Shown: positions 28,827 through 37,777 of the stretch, piece after piece | How positions within the stretch are numbered: the stretch's first letter is position 1 | How the letters are laid out: every line of letters starts with the position of its first letter | Source: Rhizobacter sp. | GTDB taxonomy: Bacteria; Pseudomonadota; Gammaproteobacteria; Burkholderiales; Burkholderiaceae_C | Reading direction: 5' to 3' | Length of the DNA stretch: 40,166 nucleotides | Assembly (NCBI GenBank): GCA_043725365.1 | Contig: JAYSLR010000100.1 | Span: forward strand, 1 to 40,166 | Notes under the pieces: generated by a model | Told to the model about the DNA's origin: nothing | What the model saw: the letters and a program-made list of their open reading frames with translations, nothing else | The model's database searches: none | Translations under genes and position numbers: made by a program

Positions 28827-29813
28827 TCACTCCGGCTGGATGTTGTTGGCCTTGGCCACGCTCATCCAGAGCGGGATCTCGGTGGCGATGACGCGGGCGA
28901 ACTCCTCGGGCGTGTTGCCCTCCGGCTCGATACCCAATTGCAGCATGCGCTCGCGAACATCGGGCAACTTGACGATGCGCGCCACTTCGGTCTGCAGTTT
29001 CTGGATGATGGCGGGCGGTGTGCCGGCCGGCGCCAGCAGGCCGCTCCACAGCGTGATCTGCAGGTCCACACCCTGCTCGGCCATGGTGGGAATGTCCGGC
29101 AGCAGCGGCATGCGCTTGGCCGAAGTCACTGCCAGCCCACGCAACAGTCCACCCTTGATGGCGCCGGCGGCGGGCCCGGAATCGACCAAGGTCATCAGCA
29201 CCTCGCCCGCGGCGACGGCCTGCACGGCCGGGGCACTGCCCTTGTACGGGATGTGCTCGGCGCTGATGCCGGCCTTGTTCTTCAACAACTCGGTCGCGAG
29301 CCGGAACGACGCGGCGCTGGCACTGTAGTTCGACTTCGACGGATTCGCCTTGCTGTACGCGGCCAGTTCCTTCACGCTGCGGAGCGGGCCGCTGGCCTGA
29401 ACCACCAGGATCAGCGGGAAAGATCCGACCATCGACACCGGTGCCAGGTCGCGCACCGCGTCGTAAGGCAGCTTGGCGTAGAGGGACGGGTTGAACACGA
29501 TGGGGCCGCTGGCACCCATTGTCAGCGTGTAGCCGTCCGGGGCAGCCTTGGCCACGGCTTCGGTGCCGATGATGGCGCCGGCGCTGGGCCGGTTCTCGAC
29601 GATCACCTGCTGGCCGAAGGTTTCGCTCATCTTCTGGCCCACCAGGCGAGCCAGGATGTCGTTGGCACCGCCGGGCGAGTAGCCGACGATGATGTGGATA
29701 GGCTTGCTGGGGTAACCGGCGGCCGGGTTCTGCGCGAAGGCCGTAGACACGGCGCTGCCGAGTACGGCTACGCCCAGACTCGCCAGGCATTGCAGGAAGG
29801 TGTGTCGTTTCAT
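28827..29813 (-). CDS. Bug/TctC tripartite tricarboxylate transporter substrate-binding protein
   Basis: YPSKPIHIIVGYSPGGANDILAR, VENRPSAG, HIPYKGSAPA, GLLAPAGTP. Confidence 0.93.
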   Translation of the reverse strand: MKRHTFLQCLASLGVAVLGSAVSTAFAQNPAAGYPSKPIHIIVGYSPGGANDILARLVGQKMSETFGQQVIVENRPSAGAIIGTEAVAKAAPDGYTLTMGASGPIVFNPSLYAKLPYDAVRDLAPVSMVGSFPLILVVQASGPLRSVKELAAYSKANPSKSNYSASAASFRLATELLKNKAGISAEHIPYKGSAPAVQAVAAGEVLMTLVDSGPAAGAIKGGLLRGLAVTSAKRMPLLPDIPTMAEQGVDLQITLWSGLLAPAGTPPAIIQKLQTEVARIVKLPDVRERMLQLGIEPEGNTPEEFARVIATEIPLWMSVAKANNIQPE

Positions 29814-30688
29814 GATCTCGTCGTCTCCGTCTGGGTTGGAATGGGATGGCGCAGGCGCGCCGCGAACTCGAGTCCCTTGGCCAAGCGAGACACCGTGCGG
29901 CAGGCCGGTACCGGCGGGCCGAGGCGGTCGGCCTCGCGAACGATGTAGCCGGTGAGTTCCTCGATCTCGGTGTCGGCGCCGCGCGCGATGTCCAGCGCCA
30001 TCGATCCCGCGCGGGCGGAGACCGGCAACGCGCCCTGGCGCACCCGATGCACGTATTCCATGGGGTCGAACGCGAAGCAACCACCCAGCGCCAGCACCAC
30101 GGCCCGGCACTCGGCGGCCATGTCGTCGATCAGGGCGCGAACCTCGGGCACCTCGTAGCGGTCGGCATTGACGCCCAGCAGCAGCGCGGCGAAAGGTCGC
30201 ACGTCGTCCAGCGTCCCGCGCACCGGCCCCAGCCAAGTGCAGCGGCCGCGGATCAGGTGCGCCGCGCGGCCCGGGCCCAGGTGGCGGGCGAAATCCATCG
30301 AGACGCCGCGCGCCACGGGCAGGCCCGGCACCGCGAGCAAGGCCTCGGCATTGCCCATGCCGTTCTGCAGCGTCACCAGCAAGGGCCTGGCTCCGGACTC
30401 GGCCAGCACCGGCGCCAGGGTGCGCAGGGCGGCGGCGGTGGCGCCGGACTTGACGAGGAAGACGATGGCGTCGAACCGGCAACCCGCCAGCGCTTCCACT
30501 CGGTCGGTGGCGTGAATACGCGCCTGCAACGTGCTGACGCCCTCCACCCGCAGGCCCTCTGCCTGGATGGCCAGCACCTGCGCAGCGTCGATGTCGAAGG
30601 CGCTGACCTCCGCCACAGCAGCCAGGTGCGCGGCCAACAGCGCGCCCATGGCACCGCAGCCCACCACCAGGACCCGCGGTCGAATCAC
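29810..30688 (-). pseudogene. Ketopantoate reductase (ApbA/PanE) family gene with an apparent in-frame internal deletion
   Basis: GCGAMG, VKS, LQNGMG and SM..DI..G..TEIE are present, but the conserved W-x-K-xxx-N-xxx-N segment is missing at FAALLLGVN. Confidence 0.65.
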
Positions 30689-32418
30689 AGCGGCGCCACG
30701 GAGACGTTCAGGACCGCAGCCCGCCCGCGGTCGACGGCCGCCAGGCAGCGCGCGATCGCCGCAGGCACCTCGGCGGGGTCGGAAACGGCCTCGCCGTGCG
30801 CGCCGAAGGCGGCCGCCACCTGCTCGAAATGCCGATGCTCGCCACCCAGACGCGCCTGGAACTGCTGTGCCTGCTCGGCCTCGCCGCCGGGGTGAACCCG
30901 AAGAACCGCTTCCTTGACGGCCTGCCAGCCGCCGTTGTCCAACACGACCGTGAAGATGGGCAGGCCGTAGCGCTGCGCGACGGCGTAGACGGAGGTCGGC
31001 GTGGAGAAATGAAAGCCCCCGTCACCCACCACCTGAAGCACGCGCGCGCCGGGCCGGGCCAGCCGCGCGCCCAGCGCCATGCCGCCGCTGTAACCCAGGC
31101 CGCCGCCAGCGCAGCCGATCAGCGTGCCGGGTTCGGTGCGCATGATCTGCCCCAGCACCGCGGGCGAATTGCGGATGGCTTCGTTGACGACGATGTCCTG
31201 CGGGGCCAGCGCCGCACCCAGCTGCGCGCAAAGCCAGGCGGGCGAGATCGAGCCCTTCGTGCCGGCGTCGGCCGCGGCGGCGTCGCGCGCCCGCAGACGG
31301 GCCAACCTGGCCACCTGCAGCGTGGCCAGACGTTCGGCCACCTTGGCACGCCAGGCATCGTCGGCGCGTGCCTGCACGGCCGCCAGCACCTGCGCCAGCG
31401 CCGTGCCGCAGTCGGCCTGATGCCGCAGGTCGGTCGGGAAGCCCCACATCGGGAAGTCCTGCTTCAGCGGGTCGACGTCGATGTGGATGAAGGCCGAGCC
31501 AGCATCGGGCGTGACGAACTTCGGCAGCCAGGGCACGTCGATATCGAGCAGCAGGCCCAGGTCGGCGCCGGGCAGGATCTTGGCGGGGTCAAAGCCGGCA
31601 AAACACGGCGAATCGCGCGAGATGCTCAACGAGGTGGGCATGAACTCCACCACGCGCAAACCACAAGCCAGGGCCAGCGCTTCCAGTACCGGCACGGCGG
31701 CCGGGTTGCGGCCGAGGTAGCTCGTAAGGACGACCGGGTTCTCCGCGGCCATCAGCCGCTCGGCGATGTGCGCCGCCTGCTCGGGCGAGATGCCGCCTGC
31801 TGCCACGCAGCCATAGCGCGTGCCGGGAAAGCTGGCCACGCGACCCTCCTCCCAGGTCTCGGCCAGGGTCTCGCGGGGCAGGGTCAGGTAGACCGGCCCG
31901 GGAGGGTCGCTCTGCATCACGGTATGGGCGCGGCGCAGCACCTCTTTCGCGATGACCCCGGTTGGCAGCGAGTACTCCCACTTCACGTACGGGCGCACCA
32001 GGCTGCCGATGTCGAAGGGGTCTTGCACGAAGTGGATGTAGTTGTCGCGCGAGCCGGGCAACTCGCCGCGCAGCGTGAAAGGCGAGCGCCCGGCCATCAG
32101 CAGCACCGGCAGGCGCGAGCGGAACAGGTTGTGCAGGCCCATCGCCGCGTTGGCGGTACCCGCATCGACATGCACCATCACCCCCTGTCCGCGCCCCGTG
32201 ACGGCGGCAAAACCGCCCGCCATGTGCACTGCCACGTTCTCGTGCGGGCACAGCAGCACCTGGGGCTGCGGACGGCCCTGGCGCTCGAAGGCAGCCATAG
32301 CCTCGATCAGCGACACGTGGTCGGTGCCCAGGTTGCAGAAAAGATGCTCGATGCCGCATTCCTGCAGGCCGTCGAGGAAGTGGGCGGCTGTTGTGGGTGC
32401 AGTCACAGGGGCGGTCAT
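30685..32418 (-). CDS. Thiamine pyrophosphate-dependent enzyme (acetolactate-synthase-like family, function unknown)
   Basis: NLGTDH, PHENVAVHMAGG, HVDAGTAN, TPP motif GDGGFHF...DNGGW. Confidence 0.9.
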   Translation of the reverse strand: MTAPVTAPTTAAHFLDGLQECGIEHLFCNLGTDHVSLIEAMAAFERQGRPQPQVLLCPHENVAVHMAGGFAAVTGRGQGVMVHVDAGTANAAMGLHNLFRSRLPVLLMAGRSPFTLRGELPGSRDNYIHFVQDPFDIGSLVRPYVKWEYSLPTGVIAKEVLRRAHTVMQSDPPGPVYLTLPRETLAETWEEGRVASFPGTRYGCVAAGGISPEQAAHIAERLMAAENPVVLTSYLGRNPAAVPVLEALALACGLRVVEFMPTSLSISRDSPCFAGFDPAKILPGADLGLLLDIDVPWLPKFVTPDAGSAFIHIDVDPLKQDFPMWGFPTDLRHQADCGTALAQVLAAVQARADDAWRAKVAERLATLQVARLARLRARDAAAADAGTKGSISPAWLCAQLGAALAPQDIVVNEAIRNSPAVLGQIMRTEPGTLIGCAGGGLGYSGGMALGARLARPGARVLQVVGDGGFHFSTPTSVYAVAQRYGLPIFTVVLDNGGWQAVKEAVLRVHPGGEAEQAQQFQARLGGEHRHFEQVAAAFGAHGEAVSDPAEVPAAIARCLAAVDRGRAAVLNVSVAPL

Positions 32419-33623
32419 GAGGGTGGGTCCAGAGGCAGGCGGGTCACGTCGTGCTCGAACAGCCAGTCGTAGCGCTGGCGCACACGGGTGGGCTCCCACT
32501 CGCGGTCGATGTAGGCCACGGCGGTTGTGGGGTCGGCCAGCAACGGGTTGTGGAAACGGTGCGTGTTGTCGGCTGCGCCCTGCACGATGCGCGTGGTGCG
32601 TGGCAGGCGCAGCGCGACGAAGCGCGCGAGCGCTCCTTGCGCGTCGTCCAGTTCGGTCAGGCAGCGCGCCAGAAGAAGCGCATCCTCGAGCGCCATGTTT
32701 GCACCCTGGGCCAGGAAAGGCAGTGTCGGGTGGGCCGCGTCGCCGATGAGCACGCTGCGGCCGTCCAGCCAGCCGGTTAGCGCTGGGCGGCTCAGCAAGG
32801 CCCAGCGAAACGGCATGTCCATCGCGTCGATCAGACGGTGGAGGTCGGGGTGCCAGCCGGCCAGGTCGAGGTGGACCTCATCACGCGTGCCTGCGTCGGA
32901 CCAGGACTCACCGCGCCACTCGGGCTTCTCCACGATGGCGACCACGTTGAGCAGCTCGCCGCGGCGCAGCGGGTAGGTGATGACGTGACCGCCGGGGCCG
33001 ACCCAGTTGACGCCCACGGGCTCGCACAAGTCGGGGGCCAGCCGGGCTGCGGGAACGACCCCGCGCCACGCCATCAGCCCGGTGAAGCTGGCCGACCCCT
33101 CGCCAAAGACGGCCCGGCGCTGAGCCGAGTGCACGCCGTCGGCGGCCACCATCACGTCGGCCCCGAACTCGCGGCCATCGGCGGCCGTGACCCGCACGGT
33201 ATCCCCGAGCGTTTCGGCGCGCTCCACTCGCACGCCGGTCTGCAGCGCGCCTGGCGCGACCACCTCGAGAGCGGCTCTCAGCACCTGATGCAGGTCGCCT
33301 CTGTGCAGCATCCAGTACGGCGCGCCAAAACGCGCCCGCGCATCGGCGCCCAAGTCGAAGAGCGGCCAGCGGCGCCCGGTGTTCCAAAGACGCACCTCCT
33401 TCGCAGCCGCTTCGCAGGCCACGGCCTCGACGGCCCCGGCGATACCGAGCGCCTGCAGCACCCGACTGCCGTTGGGCGCGATCTGCAGTCCGGCGCCGAC
33501 CTCGCGCAGCTGAGCCGCCTGCTCCAGCACCGTCACCGCCACGCCACGCTGCCGCAGTGCCAACGCGGTGGCCAGACCGGCGATGCCGGCACCGGAAATG
33601 ATGACCTTGCGAACGGAAGACAT
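32415..33623 (-). CDS. Group A FAD-dependent monooxygenase (salicylate hydroxylase/NicC-like)
   Basis: GAGIAG, EVGAGLQIAPNG, ADGVHS, GDAAHPTLPFLAQGANMALEDA. Confidence 0.9.
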   Translation of the reverse strand: MSSVRKVIISGAGIAGLATALALRQRGVAVTVLEQAAQLREVGAGLQIAPNGSRVLQALGIAGAVEAVACEAAAKEVRLWNTGRRWPLFDLGADARARFGAPYWMLHRGDLHQVLRAALEVVAPGALQTGVRVERAETLGDTVRVTAADGREFGADVMVAADGVHSAQRRAVFGEGSASFTGLMAWRGVVPAARLAPDLCEPVGVNWVGPGGHVITYPLRRGELLNVVAIVEKPEWRGESWSDAGTRDEVHLDLAGWHPDLHRLIDAMDMPFRWALLSRPALTGWLDGRSVLIGDAAHPTLPFLAQGANMALEDALLLARCLTELDDAQGALARFVALRLPRTTRIVQGAADNTHRFHNPLLADPTTAVAYIDREWEPTRVRQRYDWLFEHDVTRLPLDPPS

Positions 33624-33675
33624 CGGGATGGGCGCCAACCGAACGGCGGCAAGAGTCGCGTGAAACGACGGGGTC

Positions 33676-33763
33676 GTTAGCATGCCAATTGCACACGGCT
33701 TCATGACCGCGCGCAAACCGGGTTAGCCCCGATGCGGTTGGCCAACAGCTTGTTAGCATGCCA
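33676..33763. promoter_or_regulatory. Two copies of GTTAGCATGCCA (near-palindromic), candidate MarR operators
   Basis: Exact 12-bp repeat at 33676 and 33752 in the divergent promoter region. Confidence 0.65.
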
Positions 33764-33794
33764 CCTACCGGACCTGCCGCCCGGAGGAAATCCC

Positions 33795-34754
33795 ATGACC
33801 CTGCAACGCCGAACCCTGCTCGCATCCATGATGGCGCTCGCCGGAGCACCCGCCTGGGCGCAGCCCCAGCCGCCGCTGCGACTGATCGTGCCATTCACCC
33901 CCGGCACCGGCATCGACCTGATCGCGCGCCAGATCGGTCCTCACCTGGCGGAGCGCCTGGGCCGCCCGGTGGTGGTGGAGAACCGCGCCGGCGCCTCGGG
34001 CAACATCGGCACCGAGGCCGCTGTGCGCGCCCCGGCAGACGGCAGCACGCTGCTGGTGACCGTCAACACCATGGTGATGAACCGCGCGCTCTACCCGAAG
34101 CTCACGTTCGACCCCGTGCGCGACCTCGACCCCATCACCCTCACGAGCTGGGGCACCCTGCTGCTGGTGGCCGGCAAGAATGCGGGTATCGCCACGGTCC
34201 AGGAGTTGTTGGCCAAGGCGCGAGCCCGGCCGGGCTCGCTGAACTACGGCTCGCCCGGTGCGGGCACGCCGCATCACCTGGCGATGGAACTGCTGAAGAA
34301 CCGCACCGGCACTTTCATCACGCACATCCCCTACCGCGGCACGGGCCCGGCGCTGACCGATCTGCTCGGCGGCCAGATCGACGTGATGTTCCTGCCGATC
34401 CACGTGGCGCTGCAACATGTGCAAAGCGGCAACCTGAAGGCGCTGGCCATAAGCAGCGAGAAGCCGAGCCCGCTGCTGCCCGGCGTGCCGCCGCTGCGAG
34501 CGCTGAAGCTCGGCGAACTCGACGTCGAGATGTGGTACGGCGTGCTCGCTCCCAAGGGCACGCCCGCGCCGATGGTGGAGCGCCTGAACCGCGAACTGAA
34601 AGACATCCTCGCCCGGGCCGACGTGAAGGCTGCGTTCGAGACCCAGGGCATGCTGCCCACGTACAGCACGCCGGATGCATTCCGCCAGTTGATTGCAGCT
34701 GATGCCAAGCGTTGGTCCGACCTGATCAAGGCGCAAGGCATCACGGCAGATTGA
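33795..34754 (+). CDS. Bug/TctC substrate-binding protein
   Basis: Tat-like QRRTLL leader, LIVPFTPGTGIDLIAR, VENRAGASGNIG, HIPYRGTGPA; GGAGG RBS. Confidence 0.93.
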   Translation: MTLQRRTLLASMMALAGAPAWAQPQPPLRLIVPFTPGTGIDLIARQIGPHLAERLGRPVVVENRAGASGNIGTEAAVRAPADGSTLLVTVNTMVMNRALYPKLTFDPVRDLDPITLTSWGTLLLVAGKNAGIATVQELLAKARARPGSLNYGSPGAGTPHHLAMELLKNRTGTFITHIPYRGTGPALTDLLGGQIDVMFLPIHVALQHVQSGNLKALAISSEKPSPLLPGVPPLRALKLGELDVEMWYGVLAPKGTPAPMVERLNRELKDILARADVKAAFETQGMLPTYSTPDAFRQLIAADAKRWSDLIKAQGITAD

Positions 34755-34788
34755 CGTGCACACGGCAGGCTTGACAGAGAAGATCAGC

Positions 34789-36507
34789 ATGAACACGGAC
34801 CAAGCGACGACATCGCAACGCGATGCAGAGGTTTTGATCGTCGGTGGGGGGCCGGTCGGCATGGGCCTGGCCATCGAACTGGGGCAGCGTGGCGTACGCT
34901 GTCTCGTCGTCGAACGCTACGTGAAGCCGCAGCCGATTCCGAAAGGCCAGAACCTGACGCAGCGGACGATGGAGCACTTCCATTTCTGGGGCGCCGAAAA
35001 GCAGTTGCGGGCAGCGCGCACCATCCCGCCGGAATATGGCATCGGCGGGCTGACGGCCTATGGCACGCTGCTGGGTCCGCACGTGCACGACTGGCTGCAG
35101 CGCGACCTGGTCAAGCAGTACTACTACACCGCCAACGAGCGCCTGCCGCAGTACGCGACCGAGGCCGTGCTGCGTGAGCGAGCGGCCGAGTTGCCATCGG
35201 TGCAGACGCTGTATGGCTGGGACGCAGCCGCCATCACACAAGACGGCACGGGTGTGACCGCTTTGATCACCGAGCGCGCAACTCGTCCCGAGCGTGTCGT
35301 CCGCGCCGCTTACGTCGTCGGCTGCGATGGCGCCCGTTCACGTGTGCGCGAGCAGGCCGGCCTGACGCAGACGCTGACCGCGCACGACCGCATGATGGTG
35401 TTGCTGGTCTTCCGGTCGAAGGGGCTGCACGAGTTGCTCAAGCGCTATCCCGGCAAGTCCTACTACAACGTGCTGCAACCGGCGCTGCAGGGCTACTGGA
35501 AGTTCTTTGGCCGTGTCGACCTGGGCAACACCTGGTTCTTCCATGCGCCCGTTCCGGCTGGCACGACAGCAGACAACTTCGACTTCCGCGCCTATCTGCA
35601 CGAGGCCGTCGGTGCGGAATTCGAAGTCGAGTTCGAGCACATCGGCTTCTGGGACCTGAGATTCGCCATTGCCGACGCGTACCGCGCCGGGCGCATGTTC
35701 ATTGCGGGCGATGCCGCCCACAGCCATCCGCCTTACGGTGGCTACGGCGTGAACTCCGGCCTGGAAGACGCGCGCAACCTGGGTTGGAAGCTGGCCGCCG
35801 TGTTGCAAGGCTGGGGTGACGAGGCACTCCTCGACTCCTACGACGCCGAGCGCCGCCCGGTGTTCAAGTCGACCATCGATGACTTCATTGCCAAGTCGAT
35901 CGAGAACGATCGTGACTTTCTGGAGTCATTCAGCCCGGGGCGTGACCCGGTCGCGTTCGAGCAGGCGTTGCAGGCGCGGGCACAGGGCGCGGTTGGCGAA
36001 GTGCATGCGTTCGAGCCGAATTACGAAGGCTCGCCCGTCGTCTGGCGTGCCGGCAGCGAACGTGGTGTCTGCAGCGCCAAGGGATCGCACCGCTTCGACG
36101 CCAGAGCCGGGCATCACCTGGCGCCCGCAAGGCTGGCCTCGGGCGCCAATGTATTCGACGCGCTGGGCGCAGCGTTCACGCTGCTGGCTTTCGGCGCGCT
36201 TCCCGACGCGGCTCAGGCGTTCCGGGATGCAGCGACCGCGCTGAAGATGCCGTTGACTGTCCTTGAGGCACCTGCTGAAGGTGAAGCGGCGCGCTACCAG
36301 GCGAGCCTGGTTCTGGTCCGACCCGACCAGTTCGTTGCCTGGTCGGCCCGTGAGCCGCAGGTTTCCGTCGATGAGGCAGACCGGATCCTGAAGCTGGTCA
36401 GCGGCAAGGTCGAAGGTAGCGCAGGAGTTGGGGAACAAGGCGCCATTTCGGAAACGCCCGCCCCGAGAGCTGAGTCCTGGCTGGCCGGCGGGCGCTCAAG
36501 CGTTTAG
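34789..36507 (+). CDS. FAD-dependent monooxygenase (PheA/TfdB-type with C-terminal thioredoxin-like domain)
   Basis: VGGGPVG, GCDGARS, AGDAAHSHPPYGGYGVNSGLEDARNLGWKL, LVRPDQFVAW. Confidence 0.9.
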   Translation: MNTDQATTSQRDAEVLIVGGGPVGMGLAIELGQRGVRCLVVERYVKPQPIPKGQNLTQRTMEHFHFWGAEKQLRAARTIPPEYGIGGLTAYGTLLGPHVHDWLQRDLVKQYYYTANERLPQYATEAVLRERAAELPSVQTLYGWDAAAITQDGTGVTALITERATRPERVVRAAYVVGCDGARSRVREQAGLTQTLTAHDRMMVLLVFRSKGLHELLKRYPGKSYYNVLQPALQGYWKFFGRVDLGNTWFFHAPVPAGTTADNFDFRAYLHEAVGAEFEVEFEHIGFWDLRFAIADAYRAGRMFIAGDAAHSHPPYGGYGVNSGLEDARNLGWKLAAVLQGWGDEALLDSYDAERRPVFKSTIDDFIAKSIENDRDFLESFSPGRDPVAFEQALQARAQGAVGEVHAFEPNYEGSPVVWRAGSERGVCSAKGSHRFDARAGHHLAPARLASGANVFDALGAAFTLLAFGALPDAAQAFRDAATALKMPLTVLEAPAEGEAARYQASLVLVRPDQFVAWSAREPQVSVDEADRILKLVSGKVEGSAGVGEQGAISETPAPRAESWLAGGRSSV

Positions 36508-37050
36508 CACTTGTGCCGGCCCGCGACTCAGCCTGTCAGCCGCCGACATGGAGCGGCCCTGCTTGTTCTCCAACTCCAGATCGTGCGAGACCATGGTCGT
36601 GGCCGGTGGCCACTGAGGCAACTTCGTGGACCACGTTCAGCGACACGTCGGCGCGCCCTGCGGTGAAGTCGATGCGGGTCCGGACTCCATCCGGACCGAA
36701 CGGTTTCTCTGCATGCCGGACCTGGCTCAGACGAGCGCACCTGGCGCCTGTGAGCTGTGTGCTTGTCCACCCCAGCTTGTCCGTCGCCTGGTCACCACGT
36801 CTGGGGTGATTCCTGCGCAAGGTCGATGAGACGAAGTGTCAGCAAGCCGCCCTTCGTAAACGTCAGCTGATGGCCGAGAGCTGCCTCACACCCGATCGGA
36901 CTGAACGACGGCAATCGCTGCACCGCCGACGCTCAGGTCGGCGCGCAGAAGAACACCACAGGGTCGACCGTGACCGTTCGACCAATGACGCAGCGGACGC
37001 CCCAGCCGCTCCGCAACCGTGGCGCCGCGGGCCACGGTCGACGACGCACG

Positions 37051-37755
37051 CTAACGCGTGCCCGAGCGCACCAGCGGCGCCAGCGACGCCCGCAGCCGCT
37101 CGCGCGGGTCGACCGCCGCGGCGGATTTGCCGAGTGCGCTTTCCACGTCGCCGATGTGCACCAGCATCTGCTGCGCCGCGCCTTCGACGTCCTGCTCGGC
37201 GAGCGCGTTGACGATGCGGGCGTGGTCTGCACACGACTGGCGCGCGTCGTGGGTCGACTGGTAGAGCGAGGCCACCAGCGTCGTGCGTGCCGTCAGGTCG
37301 CGCAGCAGGCCGCACAGCACGCGGTGGCCCAGGCACTCGGCCAGGCAGACGTGAAAGTCGGCGAGCAGGAAGGTGCGGTTGGCCACGTCGGCGCCGGCGA
37401 TCGCGGCCTGCTCGTCCTTCACGTGCTGGCGCAGGCGCCTGACCACGGCCTGCAGCGGCTTGCCGGCGTCGCGCAGCAGCTGCGAATCGCGCAGCATGCC
37501 GGCCTCGACCGCACGCCGTGCCGCGAAGGCATCGCGCGCTTCGTCGATCGACGGCTCGACCACGTACCAGCCCTTGCGCGTGCGCACCTCGACGAAGCCG
37601 CGCGCCTGCAGCTGCATCAGCGCCTCGCGCACCAGCGTGCGGCTGACGCCGAACATGTCGGCCAGTTCCTGCTCGCCGAGCCGCTCGCCGGGCTTGAGCT
37701 TCTGGGCGAGGATGGACTCGACGACTTGTTGCGCGATCTCGGTCTGGCTGGCCAT
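37051..37755 (-). CDS. GntR family regulator (FCD domain)
   Basis: PGERLGEQELADMFGVSRTLVREAL; DFHVCLA...DHARIVNAL...MLVHI. Confidence 0.93.
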   Translation of the reverse strand: MASQTEIAQQVVESILAQKLKPGERLGEQELADMFGVSRTLVREALMQLQARGFVEVRTRKGWYVVEPSIDEARDAFAARRAVEAGMLRDSQLLRDAGKPLQAVVRRLRQHVKDEQAAIAGADVANRTFLLADFHVCLAECLGHRVLCGLLRDLTARTTLVASLYQSTHDARQSCADHARIVNALAEQDVEGAAQQMLVHIGDVESALGKSAAAVDPRERLRASLAPLVRSGTR

Positions 37756-37777
37756 GGGTCGAGGTTAACAGCCCGTC

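Noticed and set aside
36513-36829. Small ORFs of 62-98 aa on both strands
   Set aside because: No recognisable motif or RBS; more likely degraded DNA.
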